This document shows, piece by piece, positions 18,636-27,754 of a DNA stretch of 32,000 bases. The position numbers were made by a program, and so were the translations under genes. The DNA lies in the NCBI RefSeq assembly GCF_000341895.1, contig NC_020409.1:1140001-1172000 (forward strand), written 5' to 3'. Origin of the DNA: Pseudodesulfovibrio piezophilus C1TLV30. GTDB taxonomy: Bacteria > Desulfobacterota > Desulfovibrionia > Desulfovibrionales > Desulfovibrionaceae. Each line of letters starts with the position of its first letter. Position 1 is the first letter of the stretch. The notes under the pieces were generated by a model that searched no databases, was not told the DNA's origin, and saw only the letters and a list, made by a program, of their open reading frames with translations.

Positions 18636-18854
18636 TTGCCTTTCGTCAATATCCGTATCACCAAAGAAGGCGCGACAGCCGATCAGAAACAACTGTTGAT
18701 AGCAGGTGTCACCGACCTGCTGGCAAATGTCCTTGGAAAAAATCCCAAGACCACTTTTGTTATCATAGATGAAGTGGATACAGATAATTGGGGGATAGGA
18801 GGTGACCCCGTCACGCTGTTACGAAAAGACAAACAGCATAGCCAAGACTCCTGA
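18636..18854 (+). CDS. 4-oxalocrotonate tautomerase family enzyme
   Basis: 72 aa: (M)PFVNIRITKEGATADQKQLLIAGVTDLLANVLGK..., with the catalytic Pro1 and a beta-alpha-beta fold pattern. TTG start 5 nt after the AAGGAGAG RBS, 17 nt after the kinase stop. Confidence 0.85.
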   Translation: MPFVNIRITKEGATADQKQLLIAGVTDLLANVLGKNPKTTFVIIDEVDTDNWGIGGDPVTLLRKDKQHSQDS

Positions 18855-18875
18855 ACCGGGCTTTCCCGGATCATA

Positions 18876-21092
18876 TCATCTTTTGAGCTGTAACGTCATG
18901 CGCACGTCAGCCACCATGGCTCTTTCATGGTTGACAAGGACAGGGTTGAATTCAGCCTCCCATACCTGAGGGAGATCAAGTGCCATCTGCGACATGGTCA
19001 GAAGTATATCCTCAAGTGCGGTAAAATTGACAGGCTGCTCTCCCTTGATTCCTTTGAGCAGCATATACGATTTGATTTCCCGAACAATTTCAAAGGCATC
19101 CTGACGGGACAGCGGAGCCAGACGAAATGAGATATCCTTCATGATTTCCACATGGATACCGCCCAATCCGAACATCACCATCGGACCAAACTGTTCATCA
19201 CGCTTGAAACCGATAATGACCTCTTTCACTCCGGGAGGAGCCATTTCCTGTACCAGGCATCCTGCAATATAAGCATCCTGCCGCATACGCTGGGCCCTGG
19301 AAGTAATTTCATGAAAAGTCCGCATCACCTCATTGGCATTTCTCACATTGACTTTCACACCATCCACATCGGACTTGTGCGAGATATCCGGCGATGCAAT
19401 CTTGAGTACCACGGGATAACCGATTTCCTCGGCAGCCACGAGAGCCTCCTCACTGGAGCGAACCAACACGGTCCTCGGTGTAGGCAGCCCATACGCCTTG
19501 ACAATCTCCTGCGCTTCAAATTCCACGATCTCCGCGACATTGCGCTGTTCATGCGTCTGAATGACTTGCATGGCCCGCGCTCTATCACGCTCGATTTCCT
19601 TATAAACAGGCTCCGGCCGGTTCTTCCAAAGGTAAAATTCATACATGGCTTCAATGGCTTTAACTGCTGCCTCAGGAAAAGCATAACAGGGTATCCCCGC
19701 ATCCATAAGCATTGCCCGCGCCTTGCGAATACGAGTCTTCCCCATAAAACAGGCAAAAACAGGTTTCCCACTTTTACGAGCTGTATGAATGACAGCCTTT
19801 GCGGTCTCCTCTATTTCCACGGTAGCCGTAGGAGTCAATAAGACGAGAATGGAATGAACCATGGAATCTTCGCTTACCACACCCAAAGTACGCCGGTAGC
19901 GTTCAGCATCGGCATCGCCAATAATATCCACAGGATTATAAAAAGCGGCGTAGCTGGGAAGAAATTCCTGAAGCCGTTGTACGGTCTTTTGCGATAAGGC
20001 AGCCATACTCAGTGCGGAGCGATCAGCCGTATCAGCGGTCAGAATGCCCGGCCCTCCCGAATTGGTTACCACAGCAAGGTTTGGCCCCTTGGGTAAAGGT
20101 TGCGTTGAAAAAGCCTGTGCGAGATTGAATAATGTCGCGACATCATCCACCCGAATAACACCAGCTTGCCTGAAAGCTGCAGAATATGTCTGATCCGATC
20201 CGGCGATAGCTCCTGTATGCGATGAAGCCGCTTTGGCTCCCGCTGCTGTCGTCCCGGATTTGATCATGATCACCGGCTTATTCAGGCTCGCTCTCCGGGC
20301 CTGACGGAGAAACTCCTCGCCGCGCTCAACATTTTCCACATAGCCAAGAATGACTTTGGTCTCTTCATCTTCATTGAGATATTCCAACATATCCGCTTCA
20401 TCGAGAACCGCCTTGTTTCCCAATGACACAAATTTTGAGAACCCTATATTTTCACCAAGAGCCCAATCAAGAATCGCGACACAAAGTGCTCCGGATTGAG
20501 AAAAAAATGCAATGGAGCCAGGGATGGGATTCCCAGAGGCGAAAGAAGCATTCACCCCGGCGGAAGCATTGATCATACCAAGGCAATTTGGACCAAGAAG
20601 TGCCATTCCAGACTCTTCGCATACTTCGACTATTTCTCGTTCAAGAGCATAGCCGTCCTTTCCCGCTTCCTTGAAGCCGGCAGTAATCACAATAACCGAC
20701 TTGGTGCCAACGGAAACCAACCTCTTGAGAGACGGTATGACCGATCCTCGCGGTACCGCCACTACGCCGAGATCAACTCCACGCGGTAGGGATTCGATAT
20801 CATTGAAGACGGAGACCCCTTCTATGACCTTTGCGTTGGGGTTTACAGGATACAGTTTTCCCTTGTAGCCAGCCTGTAACATGTTGGAAACGACTGTATG
20901 CCCCACTTTTCCGGGGGTACTTGATGCGCCGATAACGGCGACAGTGTCGGGATAGAAAAATGCTTGAAGATGGTCCTTGGCGCTCAAATCGGCTCCTGAT
21001 TCATGACTGAGGTTACTCACTTGGTACGCCGAGGAGCCTAACCTGAAACAGGCGAAAGGAACAAGGAAAGTCTTGCTCAGGCTGTGAGCCAC
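18876..21092 (-). CDS. ADP-forming acetyl-CoA synthetase / acetate--CoA ligase family protein (fused CoA-binding, succinyl-CoA-synthetase-like and ATP-grasp domains)
   Basis: FFYPDTVAVIGASSTPGKVG (CoA-binding), SGALCVAILDW, the GAIAGS phospho-His loop region, and a C-terminal ATP-grasp (GYPVVLKIASPDISHKSDVDGVKVNV). The start is uncertain: GTG 21092 overlaps the upstream gene by 16 nt, and the alternative GTG 21020 gives 714 aa. Neither has a clear RBS. Confidence 0.85.
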   Translation of the reverse strand: MAHSLSKTFLVPFACFRLGSSAYQVSNLSHESGADLSAKDHLQAFFYPDTVAVIGASSTPGKVGHTVVSNMLQAGYKGKLYPVNPNAKVIEGVSVFNDIESLPRGVDLGVVAVPRGSVIPSLKRLVSVGTKSVIVITAGFKEAGKDGYALEREIVEVCEESGMALLGPNCLGMINASAGVNASFASGNPIPGSIAFFSQSGALCVAILDWALGENIGFSKFVSLGNKAVLDEADMLEYLNEDEETKVILGYVENVERGEEFLRQARRASLNKPVIMIKSGTTAAGAKAASSHTGAIAGSDQTYSAAFRQAGVIRVDDVATLFNLAQAFSTQPLPKGPNLAVVTNSGGPGILTADTADRSALSMAALSQKTVQRLQEFLPSYAAFYNPVDIIGDADAERYRRTLGVVSEDSMVHSILVLLTPTATVEIEETAKAVIHTARKSGKPVFACFMGKTRIRKARAMLMDAGIPCYAFPEAAVKAIEAMYEFYLWKNRPEPVYKEIERDRARAMQVIQTHEQRNVAEIVEFEAQEIVKAYGLPTPRTVLVRSSEEALVAAEEIGYPVVLKIASPDISHKSDVDGVKVNVRNANEVMRTFHEITSRAQRMRQDAYIAGCLVQEMAPPGVKEVIIGFKRDEQFGPMVMFGLGGIHVEIMKDISFRLAPLSRQDAFEIVREIKSYMLLKGIKGEQPVNFTALEDILLTMSQMALDLPQVWEAEFNPVLVNHERAMVADVRMTLQLKR

Positions 21093-21448
21093 TCAATGGC
21101 CGATTCACGACATCTGAACAGGCGAAAATTGATGGATCTATTACTGTAAATAGTCTCTACAGTCCGAAAAACAGTATGATCCTGATTACCGACAAGACAC
21201 GCTATACGAAGCCCCAAAGTCGGAAAATCGGCTTCGTCCAACCGCTCGGCAACCCGAATAATATCAAGAACATCAAGATCTATACGGACGTCCCTGTCAT
21301 CGAGAAGAATTCGTCGTGTGCCAGCATCACGGACCAAGTCTATAATGGTCTCTGCTTTTTCCAAAAAATCGTCGTACCCAGAGATACCACCTCGAGTCAC
21401 AATGGTGAGCCATAGATCGTTCTGATTGATTTCCACAGTATAACCCAT
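21077..21448 (-). CDS. Hypothetical protein, possibly STAS/SpoIIAA-like fold
   Basis: 123-aa ORF with alternating beta/alpha-like pattern (LWLTIVTRG...RRILLDDRDVRIDLDVLDIIRVAERL...LRIACLV). No catalytic motif recognised. It is co-directional with, and overlaps, the ACS gene. Confidence 0.5.
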   Translation of the reverse strand: MGYTVEINQNDLWLTIVTRGGISGYDDFLEKAETIIDLVRDAGTRRILLDDRDVRIDLDVLDIIRVAERLDEADFPTLGLRIACLVGNQDHTVFRTVETIYSNRSINFRLFRCRESAIEWLTA

Positions 21449-21592
21449 TGGGATTGCCTAACCTAATCAAAATAGGCCGTCAACCAACCCCCTGAGATTC
21501 ATCGGGCAAAATACGTCCTCCCTTTCTCGGAAAATAGTATCTGCCACATCCAAAGCATCTTCTCTCTCCCACAGCCATGCAGAACGCCCGGC

Positions 21593-22339
21593 TCAAATTT
21601 CATACCCCATACTGTCTCCCAAGTCCGCATAGACAAAGAGTTCCGTTGCCTTATCCCCCACGGAATCTCGAAAAGCTCCCAACCATTCGGTTTCGCCGAA
21701 CGTATGCATAGGAATGAAGACTCGTGCACCGGTCTCTCGATACGCTTCCGCTCCCCCTGCCAGATTTTCCAACCGCTTATCGACATTTGAAAAAACCACA
21801 TGGGGTTTGAATTCGTGGACACGAATCATGGCTTGTTTGAAAAAATGAGCAGTAAACGATTCTTCTCTGGCCGAAGCGGATTTCCAAATCCACTTGGCGA
21901 GGTCTCCACCGTAGTAAAACCGGAAATCGCCATCCTGCACGAGAAAAGCCACCCCCAAATCGTTACTCATGAGAGTCTCTATACTCAACCCGGCAGAGGT
22001 ATAACTTTCATCAGGCTCCACGATAAGGGTCTCGCAATCTGCCGGAATGACCTCCGGACGCATTTCAAGAACATCATCAGAAATAATATAATGAACACTC
22101 GAGGCAGTACTCGCCATAGTCTTAAGGTCTTCATTCAGATGGTCATCGTGACTATGGGAGATAAAGACGGCTAAATTACGACCTGCCACCCGATTCTGCA
22201 CCACAGCCTCAGCTCCTTCAGGCAGATGCATATCCCCTGGATAGTCAAAAAGAAATGTTCGACTTGGAGTCTCCAGCACAAAACAATTATGATGTATATA
22301 GGTCACGGTTATCTGCATAGATGCCTCACTCGTATTCAT
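21593..22339 (-). CDS. MBL-fold metallo-hydrolase
   Basis: 248 aa. The HxHxDH motif is present as FISHSHDDHL, with downstream His/Asp ligand positions (PMHTFGE). Confidence 0.8.
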   Translation of the reverse strand: MNTSEASMQITVTYIHHNCFVLETPSRTFLFDYPGDMHLPEGAEAVVQNRVAGRNLAVFISHSHDDHLNEDLKTMASTASSVHYIISDDVLEMRPEVIPADCETLIVEPDESYTSAGLSIETLMSNDLGVAFLVQDGDFRFYYGGDLAKWIWKSASAREESFTAHFFKQAMIRVHEFKPHVVFSNVDKRLENLAGGAEAYRETGARVFIPMHTFGETEWLGAFRDSVGDKATELFVYADLGDSMGYEI

Positions 22340-22463
22340 TTGGGTTCAGGCAAAGTCTACCAAATGAGAAGGAGGCTGTCCCGCCTTATGACTCACCCCC
22401 ACCTTGCCAAAGCAGGCCCAATTGATGAAAGCACATCATATTGGAATTAGCACGGTCAAAGAC

Positions 22464-22874
22464 TCAGTCCATCTCTTGAGCCAACCCTGTTGATAAATTA
22501 AACTCTCCATTTGAGATAAGACGTTTGCCTCGCTGTGGATAAAAATAAAACCACACCCAGAGAAGTTGCCCCGAGTCGAGCAAAACCTCAATCTCTTCCC
22601 GCCGGGAGAATCGTGGGTGCCCTTCGACTCCATCAAGACAACGGAGCGTCAACATATCGATATCATAAACCTCTCCTCGAATTGGAGAAACAGCATCCCA
22701 AGCATATACGGAAGGAAATTCATCAACATATAATCCATACATTTTAACAGTCTTCGCCATGCCAAAAAAATGCGCATTACGAAGAAAATAGTGATTGGCA
22801 AATCCCCTTTTCAAGGTGCCATAGACAAACACCTTACATCGTTGGTCAGCATCCTGCTTGGCCTGTCCAACCAT
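22464..22874 (-). CDS. Gamma-glutamylcyclotransferase (AIG2/GGACT-like) family protein
   Basis: VFVYGTLKRGFANHYFL is the GGCT-fold YGTLK motif. Start chosen at ATG 22872-22874, preceded by GGAGGAGTC. The track's GTG at 22907 has no properly spaced RBS. Confidence 0.8.
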   Translation of the reverse strand: MVGQAKQDADQRCKVFVYGTLKRGFANHYFLRNAHFFGMAKTVKMYGLYVDEFPSVYAWDAVSPIRGEVYDIDMLTLRCLDGVEGHPRFSRREEIEVLLDSGQLLWVWFYFYPQRGKRLISNGEFNLSTGLAQEMD

Positions 22875-23159
22875 GACTCCTCCAAGCGCATTGACAATTT
22901 TGGGCACCCTTACCCCCCCGACTCGACAATAATGTCGAGCCCAACAAGGAATACAAGAATATCAACCTCATGAACTCTATGACTGTAACCACCCTGCATG
23001 CATAATTTTACACATCAACTTCCCTCAAACTCGTCCACTTCACCACCGTACTCTGCTCCCCTCAGGCTTTCATATTTCAAAGATCGGGCCAATCCATCAG
23101 ACTTCCCCTATCACATGAATTTCGCACTTCTCCCTATCCACCCTCTCCAAGTTTTTTAC

Positions 23160-23189
23160 TTGACCCCACCCCCTCCCCCAGGCTAAAAA
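23160..23189 (+). promoter_or_regulatory. Candidate promoter of tRNA-Thr
   Basis: TTGACC (23160-23165), 18-nt C-rich spacer, TAAAAA (23184-23189), about 15 nt before the mature tRNA 5' end. Pattern match only. Confidence 0.35.
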
Positions 23190-23203
23190 GCACCTCCCGT
23201 TTC

Positions 23204-23279
<76 letters not shown>

Positions 23280-23287
23280 ACGAAATC

Positions 23288-23320
23288 AAGCACTTACGAG
23301 AAATCGTAAGTGCTTTTTTT
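23288..23320 (+). terminator. Rho-independent terminator after tRNA-Thr
   Basis: aagcacttacg-agaaat-cgtaagtgctt: perfect 11-bp stem followed by a T-run (tgctttttttg). Confidence 0.8.
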
Positions 23321-23322
23321 GT

Positions 23323-23346
23323 GCCTTGGTATACGCCTTGGTATAC
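23323..23346. repeat. Perfect tandem 12-bp direct repeat (gccttggtatac x2)
   Basis: gccttggtatac at 23323-23334 is repeated exactly at 23335-23346, immediately after the tRNA terminator. Each unit ends in the palindrome GTATAC. A G-rich segment ggggacagggggagcccctggggtggccgggggg follows. Confidence 0.9.
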
Positions 23347-23446
23347 ATTTGGGGACAGGGGGAGCCCCTGGGGTGGCCGGGGGGTATATCAGACGACACC
23401 TATTCCTAAATATCTGATTTCGATATGGGTGGATATTTGCTAACGC

Positions 23447-23476
23447 TTGACGGGATTTACGAAGCACGCTTAAAGT
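23447..23476 (+). promoter_or_regulatory. Candidate sigma70 promoter for the hsdR operon
   Basis: TTGACG (23447-23452), 18-nt spacer, TAAAGT (23471-23476), about 54 nt upstream of the hsdR ATG. Pattern match only. Confidence 0.3.
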
Positions 23477-23529
23477 TTTCAATCTGCCCAGAGAAGATCT
23501 TTTTGCTATAGTCTCAATATGGATTTCAA

Positions 23530-26496
23530 ATGACAGAACAACAGATTGAACAAGGTTTGATCAGCAAATTGACTGATCTCAAATACAAATATCGCGACGA
23601 CATTCGCGATATCGCTGCCCTGGAAGACAACTTTCGTCAAAAGTTTCAAGAGCTTAATCGAGTCCACCTGACGGACGATGAATTTAAGCGCCTGAAGGAA
23701 CAAATTGTTACTCCCGACGTTTACGCAGCTGCTTGCATGCTACGTGAGCGAAACTCCTTTGAACGGGAAGATGGGACGCCGCTTTTCTATACGATGGTCA
23801 ATACCAAAGATTGGTGCAAAAATTCTTTCGAAGTAGTCAATCAACTGCGTGTGAATACAGAGTATAGTCATCACCGATATGATGTTTTGTTGCTTATCAA
23901 CGGCGTGCCTGTGGTGCAGATTGAATTGAAGACCCTGACTATCAGCCCTCGCCGGGCTATGCAGCAAATCGTTGATTACAAGAATGATCCAGGAAATGGA
24001 TACCGAAAGACTTTGTTGTGCTTCCTGCAGCTGTTCATAGTTAGTAACCGAAGCGACACATGGTATTTCGCCAATAATAACAATCGACATTTTAGCTTCG
24101 ACGCAGATGAGCGCTTTCTCCCCCTGTACCAATTCGCCAGCGATGATAATAAGAAGATAACCCATTTGGAGACATTTGCTGAGACGTTTCTGGCCAAATA
24201 CACGTTAGGGGAAATGATCAGCCGCTACATGGTACTGGTCGCCAGCGAACAAAAGCTGATGATGATGCGCCCCTATCAAATTTACGCCGTTAAAGCGATT
24301 GTGGACTGCATTTATCAAAATTGTGGCAACGGTTATATATGGCACACCACCGGAAGTGGTAAAACGCTCACCTCCTTCAAAGCATCCACGCTGCTTAAAG
24401 ACAATCCTGACATTGAAAAATGCTTGTTTGTGGTTGATCGCAAAGACCTTGACCGCCAGACGAGGGAAGAATTTAACCGGTTTCAAGAAGGTTGTGTCGA
24501 GGAGAATACCAATACCGCCGCCCTCGTTCATAGGTTTCTTTCAGATGATTATGCCGACAAGGTGATCGTTACTACCATCCAGAAGCTTGGCCTTGCGTTG
24601 GACGGCAACAATAAGAAAAATTTCAAGAAGCGGCTGGAGTCTTTGCGCGACAAGCGGATGGTTTTCATCTTTGATGAATGTCACCGTTCTCAGTTTGGTG
24701 AGAATCATAGGGCAATTAAAGAGTTTTTCCCGAATGCCCAGCTCTTTGGCTTCACGGGTACACCGATCTTCGAGCAAAATGCCACTTACCAGCAGATTGA
24801 GGGCCAGCAAGCTTCGTACAAAACTACGGAGGACATCTTCCAGCGGGAGCTTCATTCCTACACGATTACCCACGCTATTGAAGACCGCAACGTACTGCGT
24901 TTTCATGTCGATTATTACAAGCCGGAAGGAAACAACAGTCCCAAGCCGGGGGAAACGTTGGCCAAACGAGCCATCGTCGAAGCCATTTTGGAGAAGCATG
25001 ATTCGGCCACTGCTGGCCGGAAGTTCAATGCCATATTGGCGACCGGCTCCATCAACGACGCAATTGAGTATCACGACTTGTTCATGACTGTTCAGAAGGA
25101 GAAACTGGCCGAGGATGATGGCTTCAAACCGTTGAACATCGCTTGTGTGTTTTCGCCTCCGGCCGAAGGCAACAAGGACGTGCAGCAGATTCAGGAAGAT
25201 CTGCCACAAGAAAAGGCCGACAATGCGGTGGCTCCGGAACAAAAAAAGGAAGCCCTTAAAGCTATAATTGCCGATTACAACGGACGCTACGCAACCAACC
25301 ATAGCATTAACGAATTTGATCTGTACTATCAGGATGTTCAGAAACGTATCAAAGATCAGCAATTCCCCAATCAGGACCTTCCGCACAATAAGAAGATAGA
25401 CGTGATTATTGTCGTGGACATGTTGCTCACCGGTTTTGATTCCAAGTACTTGAACACATTGTATGTAGATAAGAATCTCAAGTACCATGGCCTAATTCAA
25501 GCCCTTTCACGTACGAACCGCGTCCTGAATGATACTAAGCCCTATGGCAATGTTTTGGATTTTCGCCAACAGCAGAAAGCCGTGAACGACGCCATTGCGT
25601 TATTCTCGGGTGAACGGGGTGAGCAAGCCAAGGAAATATGGCTGGTCGATCCGGCTCCGAAGGTCATCGATAGCCTGCAAGCAGCCGTTAAGAAGCTGGA
25701 TCAATTCATGGAGTCACAAGGGTTGTCTTGTACCCCCGAAGAGGTCCCAAATCTTCATGGGGATGCGGCGCGCAGCCAGTTCATAAACCTCTTCAAGGAC
25801 GTGCAGCGCCTCAAAACCAAGTTGGATCAGTATACCGACCTGACGTCTGAGAGTGCTGAGACTATTGAAGAAATTCTTCCCAAAGAACAATTGCAAGGAT
25901 TCCGTGGCGTCTACCTGGAAACAGCACAGCGCTTGAAAGTCCAGCAACACAAAGAGGGGGATAAAGCTCCGCCGGAAGTTCAACAATTGGATTTCGAGTT
26001 CGTGCTGTTCGCCTCCACAGTGATTGACTACGACTACATAATGTCCCTGATTGCCCGCTATACTCAGCAAACGCCGGGCAAACAGAACATGACCCGTGAA
26101 CAGCTAATCGGTTTAATCCAGGCTGATGCCAAATTCATGGATGATCGGAAGGATATTGCCGCCTACATCGACACATTGAGTGCTGGCGAAGCCATGAATG
26201 AAAAAGACATCCGTAAAGGTTACGAACGCTTCAAGTCCGAATCGAGCGCCCGAGAGTTAGCCAGTATTGCCAACGAATATGGGGTGGAGCCCGCTTCTTT
26301 AAAAGAGTTTGTCGATGGCATCATGCAACGGATGATCTTCGATGGCGAACAACTTAGTGAATTGCTGGCCCCTTTGGAGTTGGGATGGAAGGCTCGGACC
26401 CAAAAGGAGTTGGCCTTGATGGACGATCTGATTCCGTTACTGCACAAGCTCGCTCAAGGGCGAGAAATTTCGGGCTTAGGTGTGTATGAGCAATAG
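23530..26496 (+). CDS. hsdR: Type I restriction endonuclease subunit R
   Basis: 988 aa. N-terminal PD-(D/E)xK nuclease motif (YDVLLLINGVPVVQIELK), SF2 helicase motif I HTTGSGKTLTS, motif II FIFDECHRSQ (DEAH-type), motif III FGFTGTP, motif VI QALSRTNR, and a long helical C-terminal domain. Confidence 0.95.
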   Translation: MTEQQIEQGLISKLTDLKYKYRDDIRDIAALEDNFRQKFQELNRVHLTDDEFKRLKEQIVTPDVYAAACMLRERNSFEREDGTPLFYTMVNTKDWCKNSFEVVNQLRVNTEYSHHRYDVLLLINGVPVVQIELKTLTISPRRAMQQIVDYKNDPGNGYRKTLLCFLQLFIVSNRSDTWYFANNNNRHFSFDADERFLPLYQFASDDNKKITHLETFAETFLAKYTLGEMISRYMVLVASEQKLMMMRPYQIYAVKAIVDCIYQNCGNGYIWHTTGSGKTLTSFKASTLLKDNPDIEKCLFVVDRKDLDRQTREEFNRFQEGCVEENTNTAALVHRFLSDDYADKVIVTTIQKLGLALDGNNKKNFKKRLESLRDKRMVFIFDECHRSQFGENHRAIKEFFPNAQLFGFTGTPIFEQNATYQQIEGQQASYKTTEDIFQRELHSYTITHAIEDRNVLRFHVDYYKPEGNNSPKPGETLAKRAIVEAILEKHDSATAGRKFNAILATGSINDAIEYHDLFMTVQKEKLAEDDGFKPLNIACVFSPPAEGNKDVQQIQEDLPQEKADNAVAPEQKKEALKAIIADYNGRYATNHSINEFDLYYQDVQKRIKDQQFPNQDLPHNKKIDVIIVVDMLLTGFDSKYLNTLYVDKNLKYHGLIQALSRTNRVLNDTKPYGNVLDFRQQQKAVNDAIALFSGERGEQAKEIWLVDPAPKVIDSLQAAVKKLDQFMESQGLSCTPEEVPNLHGDAARSQFINLFKDVQRLKTKLDQYTDLTSESAETIEEILPKEQLQGFRGVYLETAQRLKVQQHKEGDKAPPEVQQLDFEFVLFASTVIDYDYIMSLIARYTQQTPGKQNMTREQLIGLIQADAKFMDDRKDIAAYIDTLSAGEAMNEKDIRKGYERFKSESSARELASIANEYGVEPASLKEFVDGIMQRMIFDGEQLSELLAPLELGWKARTQKELALMDDLIPLLHKLAQGREISGLGVYEQ

Positions 26497-27754
26497 ATTG
26501 AGTCCTAAAAAGTCGGCACAAGGGATTTCGTTTAGTCTCTTTCCCAAAATTCGATTTTCCACATTTTACAAGTCAGCTCCATGGAAGACCTGCACACTGG
26601 AAGGAGTTGCAATATTTGTGACTGACAGGGTGTCGTTAAAAGCAATCACAATGGAACAATATGTGAGTACGGACAACCTATTACCCAATTTCGAAGGAAT
26701 TACACCAGCTTCAAAATTGCCACCAGCAGAATCAGCAGTTCGCTTTTTAGAGGGTGACATACTTATTTCTAATATCCGTCCTTATTTAAAGAAGGTTTGG
26801 ATATCCAACATGAATGGAGGTGCTTCAAATGACGTTATCGTTGTTCGGGCCCACGAAGACATAAGTAATAGCTTTCTTGGCTATCTATTAAAAAATGAAA
26901 GATTTATTGGGCATGTAATGAAGGGCGCTAGAGGATTAAAGATGCCAAGAGGTGATCTTTCTCAAATCAAACAATACCCAATTGCATACCCTAAACAGCA
27001 AGAGCAAAAAAAGATTGTTGAGTTCCTTTCGTTGCTTGACGCGCAAATAGATTCCCAGAGAGAGAAAGTAATTGCCCTTGAAAACCATAAAAATGGACTT
27101 TTGCAACAGCTTTTTCCTATGAATGGTTCTGAAATGCCAAATGTGCGTTTCCCAGAATTCCAAAATGGTCCACAATGGAAGGGAAAAAAGCTCGGAGATT
27201 TGCTTGTCGAAACTCCACGCCCAATAAAGATGAAAGACGAAAAGGAATATTCGCTCGTCACAGTCAAGCGCCGATACGGTGGGGTTGTTCCAAGAGAACA
27301 GCTGAAAGGGAAGTCGATCAAAGTCAAATCTCAGTTTTTGGTCAAAGAGAACGACTTCCTTATTTCCAAGCGGCAAATTGTTCACAATGCCTGTGGGCTT
27401 GTTCCAAAGGAGCTTGAAGGGGCAATCGTCTCGAACGAGTATTCCGTGATGACACCTAGAAAAGGGTGTGACATCAATTTCTTTAATTATTTTTCACAGC
27501 GGCCAAAGGCGAGTGAGTCATTCTTGCGTTGCAGTGTAGGCATTGTGATCGAAAAGATGCTCTTTAAGCTCGACTCCTGGCTTAAAGAAGAATTCTATTT
27601 CCCGTCCTTGCCGGAACAGCAGAAGATAGCTGCCTGTCTTTCCTCCATTGACGAACTTATCGACACCCACACCAAAAAGTTGGAAGCACTCAAAGAACAT
27701 AAAAAAGGGCTCATGCAGCAGCTTTTTCCGTCACTTGACGGGGTGAAGGTATGA
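26486..27754 (+). CDS. hsdS: Type I restriction-modification specificity subunit S (two target-recognition domains)
   Basis: ATG 26486 overlaps the hsdR stop (ATGAGCAATAG). There are two TRDs, each introduced by a (P)xxRF..F...W motif (FPKIRFSTFYKSAPW; PNVRFPEFQNGPQW). The conserved coiled-coil repeats are duplicated (REKVIALENHKNGLLQQLFP / TKKLEALKEHKKGLMQQLFP). This is the most AT-rich segment of the window. Confidence 0.92.
   Translation: MSNRLSPKKSAQGISFSLFPKIRFSTFYKSAPWKTCTLEGVAIFVTDRVSLKAITMEQYVSTDNLLPNFEGITPASKLPPAESAVRFLEGDILISNIRPYLKKVWISNMNGGASNDVIVVRAHEDISNSFLGYLLKNERFIGHVMKGARGLKMPRGDLSQIKQYPIAYPKQQEQKKIVEFLSLLDAQIDSQREKVIALENHKNGLLQQLFPMNGSEMPNVRFPEFQNGPQWKGKKLGDLLVETPRPIKMKDEKEYSLVTVKRRYGGVVPREQLKGKSIKVKSQFLVKENDFLISKRQIVHNACGLVPKELEGAIVSNEYSVMTPRKGCDINFFNYFSQRPKASESFLRCSVGIVIEKMLFKLDSWLKEEFYFPSLPEQQKIAACLSSIDELIDTHTKKLEALKEHKKGLMQQLFPSLDGVKV

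Noticed and set aside
24541-25488. 315-aa ORF on the - strand inside hsdR
   Set aside because: It is a shadow ORF favoured by the AT-rich, stop-poor antisense frame. The + frame carries all the helicase motifs.
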